In this document: piece by piece, positions 53,226 through 62,116 of the stretch
Layout: every line of letters starts with the position of its first letter
How positions within the stretch are numbered: the first letter of the stretch is position 1
Assembly (NCBI GenBank): GCA_963849325.1
Contig: CAWKHF010000012.1
Location: 928,001 to 992,000, forward strand
Origin: an uncultured Planctomycetota bacterium
Lineage (GTDB): Bacteria > Planctomycetota > Planctomycetia > Gemmatales > Gemmataceae
Length of the DNA: 64,000 nt
Reading direction: 5' to 3'
Notes under the pieces: generated by a model
Told to the model about the DNA's origin: nothing
Seen by the model: the letters and a program-made list of their open reading frames with translations, nothing else
The model's database searches: none
Translations under genes and position numbers: made by a program

Positions 53226-53714
53226 ATGACTGATTCGGAAAACTTGATGGAATGGTTCAAAAACACCTTCCGTAATCATTTTGAAGGTAACAAAGATATT
53301 CAAGACTGGAAAACGCTAGAAGGCGCAGCGATCTATCGCAAACATACGGGAGACCTGGACGGAGCGGTTGAGGCGATGGTGAAATCCATCGACTTGACCA
53401 GGACTGTACCGAATCTCTCCGAGAGAACGGCGACGAGTCTCAATTATCTCGCCGATCTTTATTTGCTCAAGGATGCAACGGAGCAAGCGGAAGAAGCATT
53501 GCGCGAGTCCATCGAGCTTTCACGCCCCCGTTATCCCGGCCTGCTTGCTTCCAATCTATGGATTCTCGCAGGGATACAAAACCGGAAAAGTGAATATCGC
53601 GAGGCCCTAGCCTCAGCGGAAGAATCCCGCCGTTTGTCCCAGCAACAGGGTCACTCCTACGGAGTTGCACAGGCAGAGGAATTAATCGAGCGAATTAAAA
53701 TGAACTTACCATAA
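53226..53714 (+). CDS. TPR-like helical protein (candidate immunity protein)
   Basis: ATSLNYLADLY...EQAEEALRESIEL TPR pattern; AT-rich codons. Confidence 0.7.
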   Translation: MTDSENLMEWFKNTFRNHFEGNKDIQDWKTLEGAAIYRKHTGDLDGAVEAMVKSIDLTRTVPNLSERTATSLNYLADLYLLKDATEQAEEALRESIELSRPRYPGLLASNLWILAGIQNRKSEYREALASAEESRRLSQQQGHSYGVAQAEELIERIKMNLP

Positions 53715-53718
53715 GGGC

Positions 53719-55002
53719 TTACTTCCTCGCCGCTGGCCGATCCAGCAGTTGCCCGCGCATCTGATAGAGATGAATCAAGGCGCGATCCATAACGCGCTCG
53801 CCGGCGCCGATCTCGGCCGGCGATACCGGCGGTTCGGTGCCATAGCCGCCCTCGCTCGTCGCCTCGATGGTCGGAAAATACTGCTGATAATCGTTGCAGT
53901 ATCCCAGGAAAAACAGATGTTCCAGCCGCGCTCGACGTTTCAGGCTCAGCGCGTGGCCGCAGAAAAACTCCCCGGAGACGCCGACGAACCCGATACGTCC
54001 GTCGAGCAGCGCCGCGGACAGATGCGGCCGCACACCTTCACGATATTCCCGCTCGTAAAAAGCGATTAAGTCCGGGAAGAACGCACGTTCGAGTGCCAAG
54101 CGAACGAGCGGGTTCGATAGATTGATACGCGGCTTGAAGGTGAAGTCTTCTTCCCGCACCTCCAGTACCGGCTTGATCGCCGCGCAGCGAATGCCTTTCG
54201 CCAACGCCAGCACTTCGCGCCCCACTTCTCGACCGAATCGATCCGCACCGCCTTCGCCCGTCGGATTCGCGGACAGATCGCCGGCCGCTCCCTGCCAGAA
54301 CAGGCACGGCGCCCCCGTCTCCTTCTCGATGAGGTCGGCCAATACGCCGGGATAGTCCGCCGAAAACCGGCGTTCGGCGGCGTCGCGCATCGTCGCATGG
54401 GCCGCGAAGTTCACGCCATGAGCGATGACCTTGCCTGCTTCGTCCTCGACGCGCAGCACCAGTAGTTCCCGATCGACAGGTTTGTCCTCGCGCCTGGAGT
54501 GACGATTGCGGTTGAGTGTCACCTGCTTCGACGCCACGCCGAGCCGCGCCGGCTTCAGCGCCTTGGCCGCGTCGAGGATGACCGCGCTCAGTTTTTGTTC
54601 GAGCTGCCGGACGTAGGAGTTTTTCGCCGACGGCCAGTTGTCCAGCTCCAGGACCGGGCCGTGATGCGTGTGCGAGGCGACGAGGAAGACGTGTTCGATG
54701 CCGGCGGCTTGGACGCGCCTGCGGATCATCGCCATCGACGCTCGGGTTGGCGCCCGGCCGAGGTCGAGGCTGACCAGGGCCATGCGTTGGCCTGCGACGG
54801 CCAGCACGAGGGCGCAGGCGCGCAGCGGATCGCGGACGCCGACACTCGGTTGGTCCTTCCGCGCCGCGTAGCCCCACATGGCGTAGCCGGTCGGCGGCGT
54901 GATGTCCGCAGAAGCGGCGCCCGCTTGCAACTCCCCCGCCCACGCCACCGGCAGCGGAAACAGTAGCACCACCGACACGCCTATTGCCATGCGATTCCTC
55001 AT
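53719..55002 (-). CDS. Neutral/alkaline ceramidase-like protein
   Basis: DITPP.G..MWGY, RDPL.A.ALVL, ASHTHHGP, NFAAH, SADYPG, QGAAGD. Confidence 0.8.
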   Translation of the reverse strand: MRNRMAIGVSVVLLFPLPVAWAGELQAGAASADITPPTGYAMWGYAARKDQPSVGVRDPLRACALVLAVAGQRMALVSLDLGRAPTRASMAMIRRRVQAAGIEHVFLVASHTHHGPVLELDNWPSAKNSYVRQLEQKLSAVILDAAKALKPARLGVASKQVTLNRNRHSRREDKPVDRELLVLRVEDEAGKVIAHGVNFAAHATMRDAAERRFSADYPGVLADLIEKETGAPCLFWQGAAGDLSANPTGEGGADRFGREVGREVLALAKGIRCAAIKPVLEVREEDFTFKPRINLSNPLVRLALERAFFPDLIAFYEREYREGVRPHLSAALLDGRIGFVGVSGEFFCGHALSLKRRARLEHLFFLGYCNDYQQYFPTIEATSEGGYGTEPPVSPAEIGAGERVMDRALIHLYQMRGQLLDRPAARK

Positions 55003-55011
55003 CTCCTCAAT

Positions 55012-55135
55012 TCACCACAAAGACACAAAGAACACAAAGAAGAAAAAGCAAATAAGATAATCGAGAACGCGAAACCTTCCCTGCCGGCTCCCCCTGTTGT
55101 CTTCTTGCTTTGTGTTCTTTGTGTCTTTGTGGTGA
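55012..55135. repeat. 28-bp perfect inverted repeat of 9-nt units (CACAAAG core)
   Basis: TCACCACAAAGACACAAAGAACACAAAG at 55012-55039; complement at 55108-55135. Confidence 0.9.
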
Positions 55136-55159
55136 CTTTTCAAGCGTGAGGAGGCCAAC

Positions 55160-55630
55160 ATGATCCGTCCGACCCGCGAAGCCGATACGCCATACCTGCT
55201 CCAGCTCACCGAGGGAACCGGCGTCTTCAAGCCCCATGAGGTCGTGGCCCTCAACGAAGTGCTGAGCGATTATCACGCCGGCGCCCACGAACAGGGACAC
55301 GTCGCCGTCACCTACGAGGACAACGGCCACGTCCTCGGCTATGCCTACTACGCGCCGGCGGCCATGACCGATCGGACCTGGTATCTGTACTGGATCGCCG
55401 TCAAGCGCGACATCCACGCCAAGGGCATCGGCGGCAAGCTTCTCCGCCACGCCGAGGATGACATCCGCGCCCACAACGGCCGGGTGCTGTTCATCGAAAC
55501 CTCGTCGCTGCCGCACTACGAACTGACGCGCAAGTTCTACCTCAAGCACGGCTACGAAGTCACCGGCGTGCTGCGCGATTACTATAGCGAGGGAGACGAC
55601 ATGGTTGTCTTCCGCAAAAAGATGACGTAG
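55160..55630 (+). CDS. GNAT-family N-acetyltransferase
   Basis: LYWIAV...HAKGIGGKLL, FYLKHGY; GAGGAGG RBS. Confidence 0.9.
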   Translation: MIRPTREADTPYLLQLTEGTGVFKPHEVVALNEVLSDYHAGAHEQGHVAVTYEDNGHVLGYAYYAPAAMTDRTWYLYWIAVKRDIHAKGIGGKLLRHAEDDIRAHNGRVLFIETSSLPHYELTRKFYLKHGYEVTGVLRDYYSEGDDMVVFRKKMT

Positions 55631-55637
55631 CCTTCGC

Positions 55638-55671
55638 GCCGCTTGCGGCTTGGCGCGAAGCCGCAAGCGGC
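55638..55671. repeat. REP-like palindrome family C
   Basis: GCCGCTTGCGGCTT...AAGCCGCAAGCGGC; second copy at 59937-59984. Confidence 0.75.
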
Positions 55672-55891
55672 CCCGGGAAAATCCGGCCCATCCCCTTGTC
55701 CGCGCCTCTACAATAGGAGCGGAACAGAACAGGCGGCTCCCTTCTTTCGTTGCTCCTCTTTGATGCCGCGCCGTGCCGCGAACCGTCGTGGCCGCGCTTG
55801 TCCCCTCGCTGAGCAGAAATGATCCAGGCGATTCGCCGTGCGTCCGCCGTGCGTTCGCCGTGTCTCTGGTAATTGGGGCAAGGAGCGGAAC

Positions 55892-56080
55892 GGGCACAGG
55901 AAGGCAAACCGGCAGAACCTCCCTAGGCTGTGGCCTTTTTCTTATCTTGGGAGGGCCGCCTGCCGATTTACTTCTTTAGCCGAGGCGGAAGACAACCCGC
56001 CACCCCCGCCCGCGGGTTCCCGCGACGGTTCGGTGCGACGCAAAGCTTGTCTGTCCCTTTGGTATGGCCCGCCCTGTTGC
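55892..56080 (+). ncRNA. Possible c-di-GMP-I (GEMM)-like riboswitch with an enlarged P2
   Basis: GGCAAACC (55903) and GACGCAAAGC (56037) landmarks, with ACAGG/CCTGT as a possible P1; spacing is atypical. Confidence 0.3.
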
Positions 56081-56258
56081 GAGGCGCGCGCCTGGAAGGC
56101 GGATGCCCCGCCACCGCGCCGACCCCGCTGGGCCGGTGCCGCGCCGCTCCCCAGACCCCGGAGCCGCGCCAGGACGGGCGGGAATACTCCCCGGCCGTGC
56201 CCCCCGCGTCCGCCGGCCGGGGAGGGGACTCAGCAATAAACGTTATGGAGTGCCTGCC

Positions 56259-56837
56259 ATGAAAAAGGTTTTCACTACCGGGCAAGTCGCGAAGATCTGT
56301 AAGGTCGCGCCCCGGACGGTCAGCAAGTGGTTCGATTCCGGCCGCCTGCGCGGCTACCGCATCCCCGGCAGCCAGGATCGCCGTATCCCCCGCGAGCACC
56401 TCATCCGCTTCCTCAAAGAGCACGGCATGCCGCTGGGCGAGCTGGAGGAAGAGGGATGGCACAAAATCCTCATCATCGGCGCCGAGCAGCTGTTCATCGA
56501 ACGGCTGCAGGAACTGCTGCCCGAGGACGAAGATTACAAGTACGAGGTGGCCAACAGCGGCTTCGAGGCCGGCATCCAGGCCGAGAGCTTCCACCCCGAT
56601 ACCATCGTCGTCGATCTGGCCATGGGCCGCAGCGAGGCGCTGCAGATCGCCCAGAACCTGCGCCGCAACCCGCAGTACGAGACCACCCTCATCATCGCCC
56701 TGGCCAGCGAGGACGAGGCCAACCCCGAGGCGCTGACGCAGTACGGCTACAACGAGTCGTTCAAGAAGCCGTTCGACATCGCCCTGCTCGGCGAGCGCAT
56801 CCGCACGCTCGTCGAGGAGAAGCGCGAGAATATGTGA
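56259..56837 (+). CDS. Excisionase-type HTH + receiver-like domain regulator
   Basis: VFTTGQVAKICKVAPRTVSKWFDSGRLRGYRIPGSQDRRIP followed by a REC-like domain (TIVVDL, KKPFD). Confidence 0.88.
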   Translation: MKKVFTTGQVAKICKVAPRTVSKWFDSGRLRGYRIPGSQDRRIPREHLIRFLKEHGMPLGELEEEGWHKILIIGAEQLFIERLQELLPEDEDYKYEVANSGFEAGIQAESFHPDTIVVDLAMGRSEALQIAQNLRRNPQYETTLIIALASEDEANPEALTQYGYNESFKKPFDIALLGERIRTLVEEKRENM

Positions 56838-56862
56838 GGTTTCGTCGCAGCCGCTGTTTTCG

Positions 56863-56920
56863 TCCGAGCCTGAAGCGTAAGCGAAGAGGATCGTTCCTTC
56901 GCTTACGCTTCAGGCTCGGA
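56863..56920. repeat. REP-like palindrome family B, copy 2
   Basis: TCCGAGCCTGAAGCGTAAGCGAAG...CTTCGCTTACGCTTCAGGCTCGGA. Confidence 0.85.
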
Positions 56921-57005
56921 GGCGTTTGGAATTCTTTCCCCTTCCGCCAACGAATCCCCTCCGCCGGTTGTTCTTCTTTCGAGGCTGTCCACCGCGATCA
57001 GACGG

Positions 57006-57035
57006 TTGACAGCCTGCGTCGCCCCATGTTACGGT
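57006..57035 (+). promoter_or_regulatory. Putative sigma70 promoter of the pilM operon
   Basis: TTGACA-18 nt-TACGGT with TG just upstream of the -10. Confidence 0.4.
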
Positions 57036-57139
57036 AACGTCAACAGCTTCAGGCAAGGACCATTCGGCGACCACCCGGGGAGCTTCGCCAACGAACCTGT
57101 CCTCAGCGACCTCTCCGAGTGCCGGCGGGAGATAATTTC

Positions 57140-59921
57140 ATGCCAGTGCAGCCACCCGGCGTTTGGGGCATCGACCTCGGCCAGTGCGGCCTCAAGGCGA
57201 TCCGCCTCCAGGAGATCGACGGACAGCTCGTCGCCACCGCCTTCGACTACGTCGAGCATCCCAAGATCCTCAGCCAGCCCGACGCCGACCCCGACCAGCT
57301 CACCCGCGAGGCGCTCGACAAGTTCCTGTCGCGCAACACCCTCCGCGGCGACATCGTGGCCATCAGCGTGCCCGGCCAGAGCGGCCTGGCCCGCTTCGTC
57401 AAGCTGCCGCCCGTCGAGGAAAAGAAGATCGCCGACATCGTCCGCTTCGAGGCCAAGCAGCAGATCCCCTTCAACCTCGACGAGGTCGTCTGGGACTACC
57501 AGAAGATCGGCTCCGGCATCGTCACCGACGGCTTCGCCATGGAGACCGAGATCGGCCTGTTCGCCATGAAGCGCGACATGGTCAGCCGCTACCTGCAGCA
57601 CTTCAAGGACGTCGGCGTCGAGGTCCATCTGGTGCAGATGGCCCCGCTGGCGCTGTGCAACTTCGTCGCCTACGACCTGCTCGCCAAGGACGCCGGCCCC
57701 GACGGCGCGGAGGGCGGCGACCAGAAGCAGTGCGTCGTCGCCCTGGACATCGGCGCCGACAGCAGCAACCTGGTCATCACCGACGGCGAACGCATCATCT
57801 GGCAGCGGCCGATCCCGCTGGGCGGCAACCACTTCACCCGCGCCCTGACCAAGGACCTCAAGCTGACCTTCGCCAAGGCCGAGCACCTCAAGCGCAACGC
57901 CACCAAGTCGCCCGACCTCAAGAAGATCCTGGCCGCCCTCAAGCCGGTGCTCAACGACTTCGTCGGCGAAGTGCAGCGCTCGCTGGGCTACTTCACCAAC
58001 ACGCACCGCGACGCCCACATCGAGTACATGGTCGGCCTGGGCAACGCCTTCCGCCTGCCCGGCCTGCAGAAGTTCCTCGGCGAAAAGCTGCAGCTGGAGG
58101 TGCGCAAGCTGGGCAAGATGGAGCGCGTCGAGCGGCGACCAGGTCGTCGCCCAGCAGGTCTACACCGAGAACATCCTGACCTTCGCGGTGGCCTACGGCC
58201 TGGCCCTGCAGGGGCTCAAGCGAGCGCGGCTGCTGACCAACCTGCTGCCGCCGGAGATCCGCGTCGAACGGCTGGTGCGGGCCAAGAAGCCGTGGGCCGT
58301 GGCCGCCGCCGCCGCCCTGCTGCTGGCCGCCGGGGGACTGGCCCTGGGCTACGCCTTCGAGTTCCGCACCTACGGCGACTCGCGCGTCACCGACGCCATG
58401 AAGGCCAGCGATAGCGTTAGCGACCAGGCCAAGCGGAACGAGGACTCCTACAACGCCGTCGTCAAGAAAGCCCGAGAAGAAGAGGCTGCTGTCCGCACGA
58501 TCATCGCCGGCCAGTTTGAACGCGACAACTGGCTGCAAATGTACAAGTTCATCAACACGGCCGTCCCTCAGCCCAACGCCGAGGAGCAGCACAAGTTCTA
58601 CATCCCCGCCGAGGAGGACGGCGACGAGCCGGAAGTAGTGTCGATCCCCGACATCCCCGAGGAGTTCAAGAAGCGATACTGGCTGGATAAACCCGGTGGT
58701 CGCGGCGCCATGTCGGGCGAGCAGGCTTTCAAGGAATACAGGAAGCGACAGATTCAGGGGCCTTCCGCCAAGGACGAGGGCACGGCCGGCGGAGCAGACG
58801 AACTGGGGGCCGGCATCGAAGACCTCATCCAGTTCAACATCGAATCGGTGGATGCATTCTTCTGCGACAACCTGCAGACTTACTGGAGCCAGATCCTGGC
58901 CAGCCCGCGCGTCCGGAGCGGCGGCAAGAACATGGTCCGGCCCGAGTCGGACTTTGCCAGGTCGCCGGACGGGTCCGGCTGGATCATCGAAATCCAGGGC
59001 TACACCTACCACCGCGACGCGGAGACGTTCGTCCGCACTACGTTGCTGGAAAACTTGGCCCGGCTGGGCATCCAGAAGCCGAAAGCGGAAGCGCCGCCGG
59101 CGCCCGGCGCAGCGGCTCCCGGCGGCGCCCGGCCCGCGTCTCCCGGATTGCCTGGCACTCCGCCGGGCACGCCTGCCGCCGTGCCGGGTCAGCCTCCCCC
59201 CGCGGGAGGCGAGCCAGCCGAGGACAAAGGCCCGGTCATCAACCACATCAGCCATGTGGTCCTGTATGAATATCGACAATCTTCTCCCAAGAGGGAGTTC
59301 GAGGTGCTTGGCCGCACCACCCACAATCAGGTTCGCACCATGGCCCTGGGTGGTACGTCCACTGCGGGACCGGGTGGCATGATCGGCATGCAGGGCGGCA
59401 TGTCCGGCCCGCGGCCCCCCGAGAACCCTCCTCCCGGCATGCCATCCTCTGGACCACCGGGCGGCGGGATGATGGGTGGTCGGCCAGGTGCCACGCCGGG
59501 GACAGAACCGGCCGCGGCGGCTGGACCTAGCCGCGAGAGCTGGATCCCGCTGGGCGAGGCCGCCGCGGCCGGTTCGGGTCCGCCGGGAATGTTCCCCGGT
59601 GCTACTGGCCGCGATCGAACACCGTCCCGAATGCCTCCCGGCCGTCCGGGGACGACGCCGGGCATGCCGATGGGCCGCGATGGGCGGAACCCGCCGCCCG
59701 CCGAGCTGGAGGCTGGTCCGAAGCGAACCGAGTTCGTCATTCTGTTGGTCTGGAAGGAGCCGACGCCTTCCGACGCCCTGCGCGGGCAGGCGGCCGCCGC
59801 GGGTACCCCTGGAGGCCCGACGGCCGGCGCCGCCTCTGCCAACCCGACGCCGCAGCCACCCCCTGGTCGCGGTCGCGGCGGTCGCAGCAAGCGTGGCGGT
59901 CGCGGCAAGCGTGGCGGGTAA
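57140..59921 (+). CDS. pilM: Type IV pilus assembly PilM fused to a PilN-like domain (frameshift near 58130)
   Basis: WGIDLGQCGLKA, RFEAKQQIPF, LDIGA, GGNHFT, EVQRSL, then FAVAYGLALQG-(TNLLP)-TM helix. Confidence 0.85.
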
Positions 59922-59936
59922 GAACCGATCATGGAA

Positions 59937-59984
59937 GCCGCTTGCGGCTTAGCGTTGGCCACGACCCGCTAAGCCGCAAGCGGC
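59937..59984. repeat. REP-like palindrome family C, copy 2
   Basis: GCCGCTTGCGGCTTAGCG...CGCTAAGCCGCAAGCGGC. Confidence 0.75.
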
Positions 59985-60033
59985 CCTGGATACGAAGCGA
60001 ATTCCTTCAATCACCCCGCCAAGGGGAGCGGAC

Positions 60034-62036
60034 ATGAAACTCGATAAAGAAACCTTCGTCAAGCACCAGTTCTGGTTCCTACTGGGCGGCTATCTGCTGA
60101 TCTGGCTCATCGCCGTCTTCACGCTCAAGTTCGCCGCCGCCGAGCCGATTGAGAACGCCGAGAAGGCGTACAAGGCTTCCAAGACGAAGCTCGACAGCGC
60201 CAAGCGAAGTCCCAAAAATCCCAAGACGTTCAATCCTCCGTGGGAGGAATACGGCACGGTCTTTAACAAGCACAAGCAAGTCATCTGGGGCAAGGCCTGG
60301 GAACTCCAGAAGGGCATGTACGATTGGCCGTTCTCGTTCGACGTGGAGACGCCGCAGACGGAGATCTCCCAGGACGACCGCGAGAAATACAAACGCGAAC
60401 TCTACCCCGAGGAGGTCAAAAAGCTGCAAGACGCCATTCCCGAGCTGCTCGGCCCGGTGGAGTTGGCCGGCGGCTTCCAGGCGGTCTTCAAGCCGCAAAA
60501 ATGGGAGAAGGACCAGACCCCGTCGCGCGAAGAGTGCTGGCTGACCCAGGAAGATTTCTGGGTCAAGCGCGAGCTGCTCGTCGTCGTCAGCGACACCGTC
60601 GCGCGGGAGGCGTACATGTTCCTGGACAAGATCGACAAGGAGAAAGAGCCTCAGCCCGAAGACGTGGTCGCCCGCTACCGCTATCGCAATCAGGACTGGG
60701 AGATTACCCTTCTGATCAAGGAGAGCAAGGACAAGGACAAGAAGGGTCTGGTCATCAGCCGGGACAGCACCATCAAGAATGTTCATCCCGGCGGCCGCGT
60801 GCAGCGGATGGCCAGCGCCAAGGGCGAAGGCATCGTCTTCAATGTCTACCAGGGGAAGACCTTTCAGCGCTTCGAGTTGAAGGGAGAACCGGTCCCCTTC
60901 GGGAGCGCCCCTCCATTCGGGTCCGACTACGCGCTTTCCGGCATCGAGTGGACGAACACGAAACAGCCCCCGCAGATGAGCCAGGCGTTCGACAGGTACA
61001 CCTGCCCGATCCGGCGCGTCAACGCCATCGAGATTGGCCAGCAGTCCTGTCGCACCTATACCACGGCCTTGAAGCCCAACGACACGCTGGTGCAGCTCGA
61101 CGCTCCCCCAGGTGGTTCCGGCGACAATGCCGCCAACGCGCTGCAGAAACCGGGGGGTGGGATGATGGGTGCTCCCCCCGGGGCCGTGCCCGGCATGCCG
61201 CCCGCTCCTGCGGGGGGCACTGCCGCCACGGCGCCGGGCGGCATGCGCGGCGGACCTTCCAACGCTCCTCCGGGCATGACTCCCGGCGGCATGATGGGCA
61301 TGAGAGGCGGCCCGGTCGGGCCGCCGCCCAACCCGACGCCCAACAACGAGATTGATCGCAATCGCTACTTGCAGCCGCCCAAGGAAGGCAACGAGGTCGA
61401 AAAGCCCAGCCGCCATCTGCCGCTGGCCTTGCAGCTCGTCGTCGATCAGGCCAACATGCACGACGTCCTCCTGGCGATGGCCAATTCGCGTTTGCGCATC
61501 CAGATCACCCAGGTGGAGTTCCATCGTCTGCGCGACGGACTGTCGCCGGCGGATGGCGACAAAAACGGCGTCATGTTGCGCACCGGCGCGGTCTACATGC
61601 CGCCCGGCATGGACCAGATGTACCGCCGCAGCCCGCGCGGGATGGGAATGCCGCCGGGACAGACGCCGCCCGGCATGACGATGGGTCGCATGGCCACGAC
61701 GATGCCCGGCATGAACTACATGGGCGGGGCGGGCGGCATGCCGCCGCCTGGCCGTGGCGGCCGACCCGCGCCGCCCCCGAACATCGTGGCCCCCTCCGGC
61801 ATGGGCCGACCGAACCCGAGGGGGCCGCGCCACCGGACCCCAATGATCCCAATGCGAAAACAACGACGATCCAGGGACCGGACGACGACAACCTGGTGGA
61901 GATGACTGTCTACGGCATCGCCACCCTCTATCGGCGTCCCGATCCGCCGCCAACACAGGAACAGGCCGGTCAGCCGGGACAGCCCCCGCAACCGGGCCCG
62001 GCGATCCCGGCGCCTCCGCCCAACGCTCCGCGTTAA
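60034..62036 (+). CDS. Membrane-anchored hypothetical protein in the pilM operon (PilO-like position; frameshift near 61830)
   Basis: N-terminal TM, Gly/Met/Pro-rich segments; the C-terminal NLVEMTVYGIATLY lies in the shifted frame. Confidence 0.75.
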
Positions 62037-62116
62037 TGGGCGGGCGTGTTTCTTCCGAACTCGACAGCCGCATCGGCCGGCGAATAACCGGCCGGCTTGG
62101 ATAAAGGACGGTTGCC

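Noticed and set aside
53190-53226. attC site between the ParB-like and TPR genes (GCTAAC...GTTGC)
   Set aside because: It is too short and lacks the paired inner boxes.
3561-62036. Mass pseudogenisation or programmed frameshifting in mutS, argJ, DUF1501, ClC, sugar enzymes, pilM and others
   Set aside because: Single-base indels are scattered through essential and accessory genes alike, with no accompanying in-frame stops or decay. This is typical of long-read consensus error and needs read-level confirmation.
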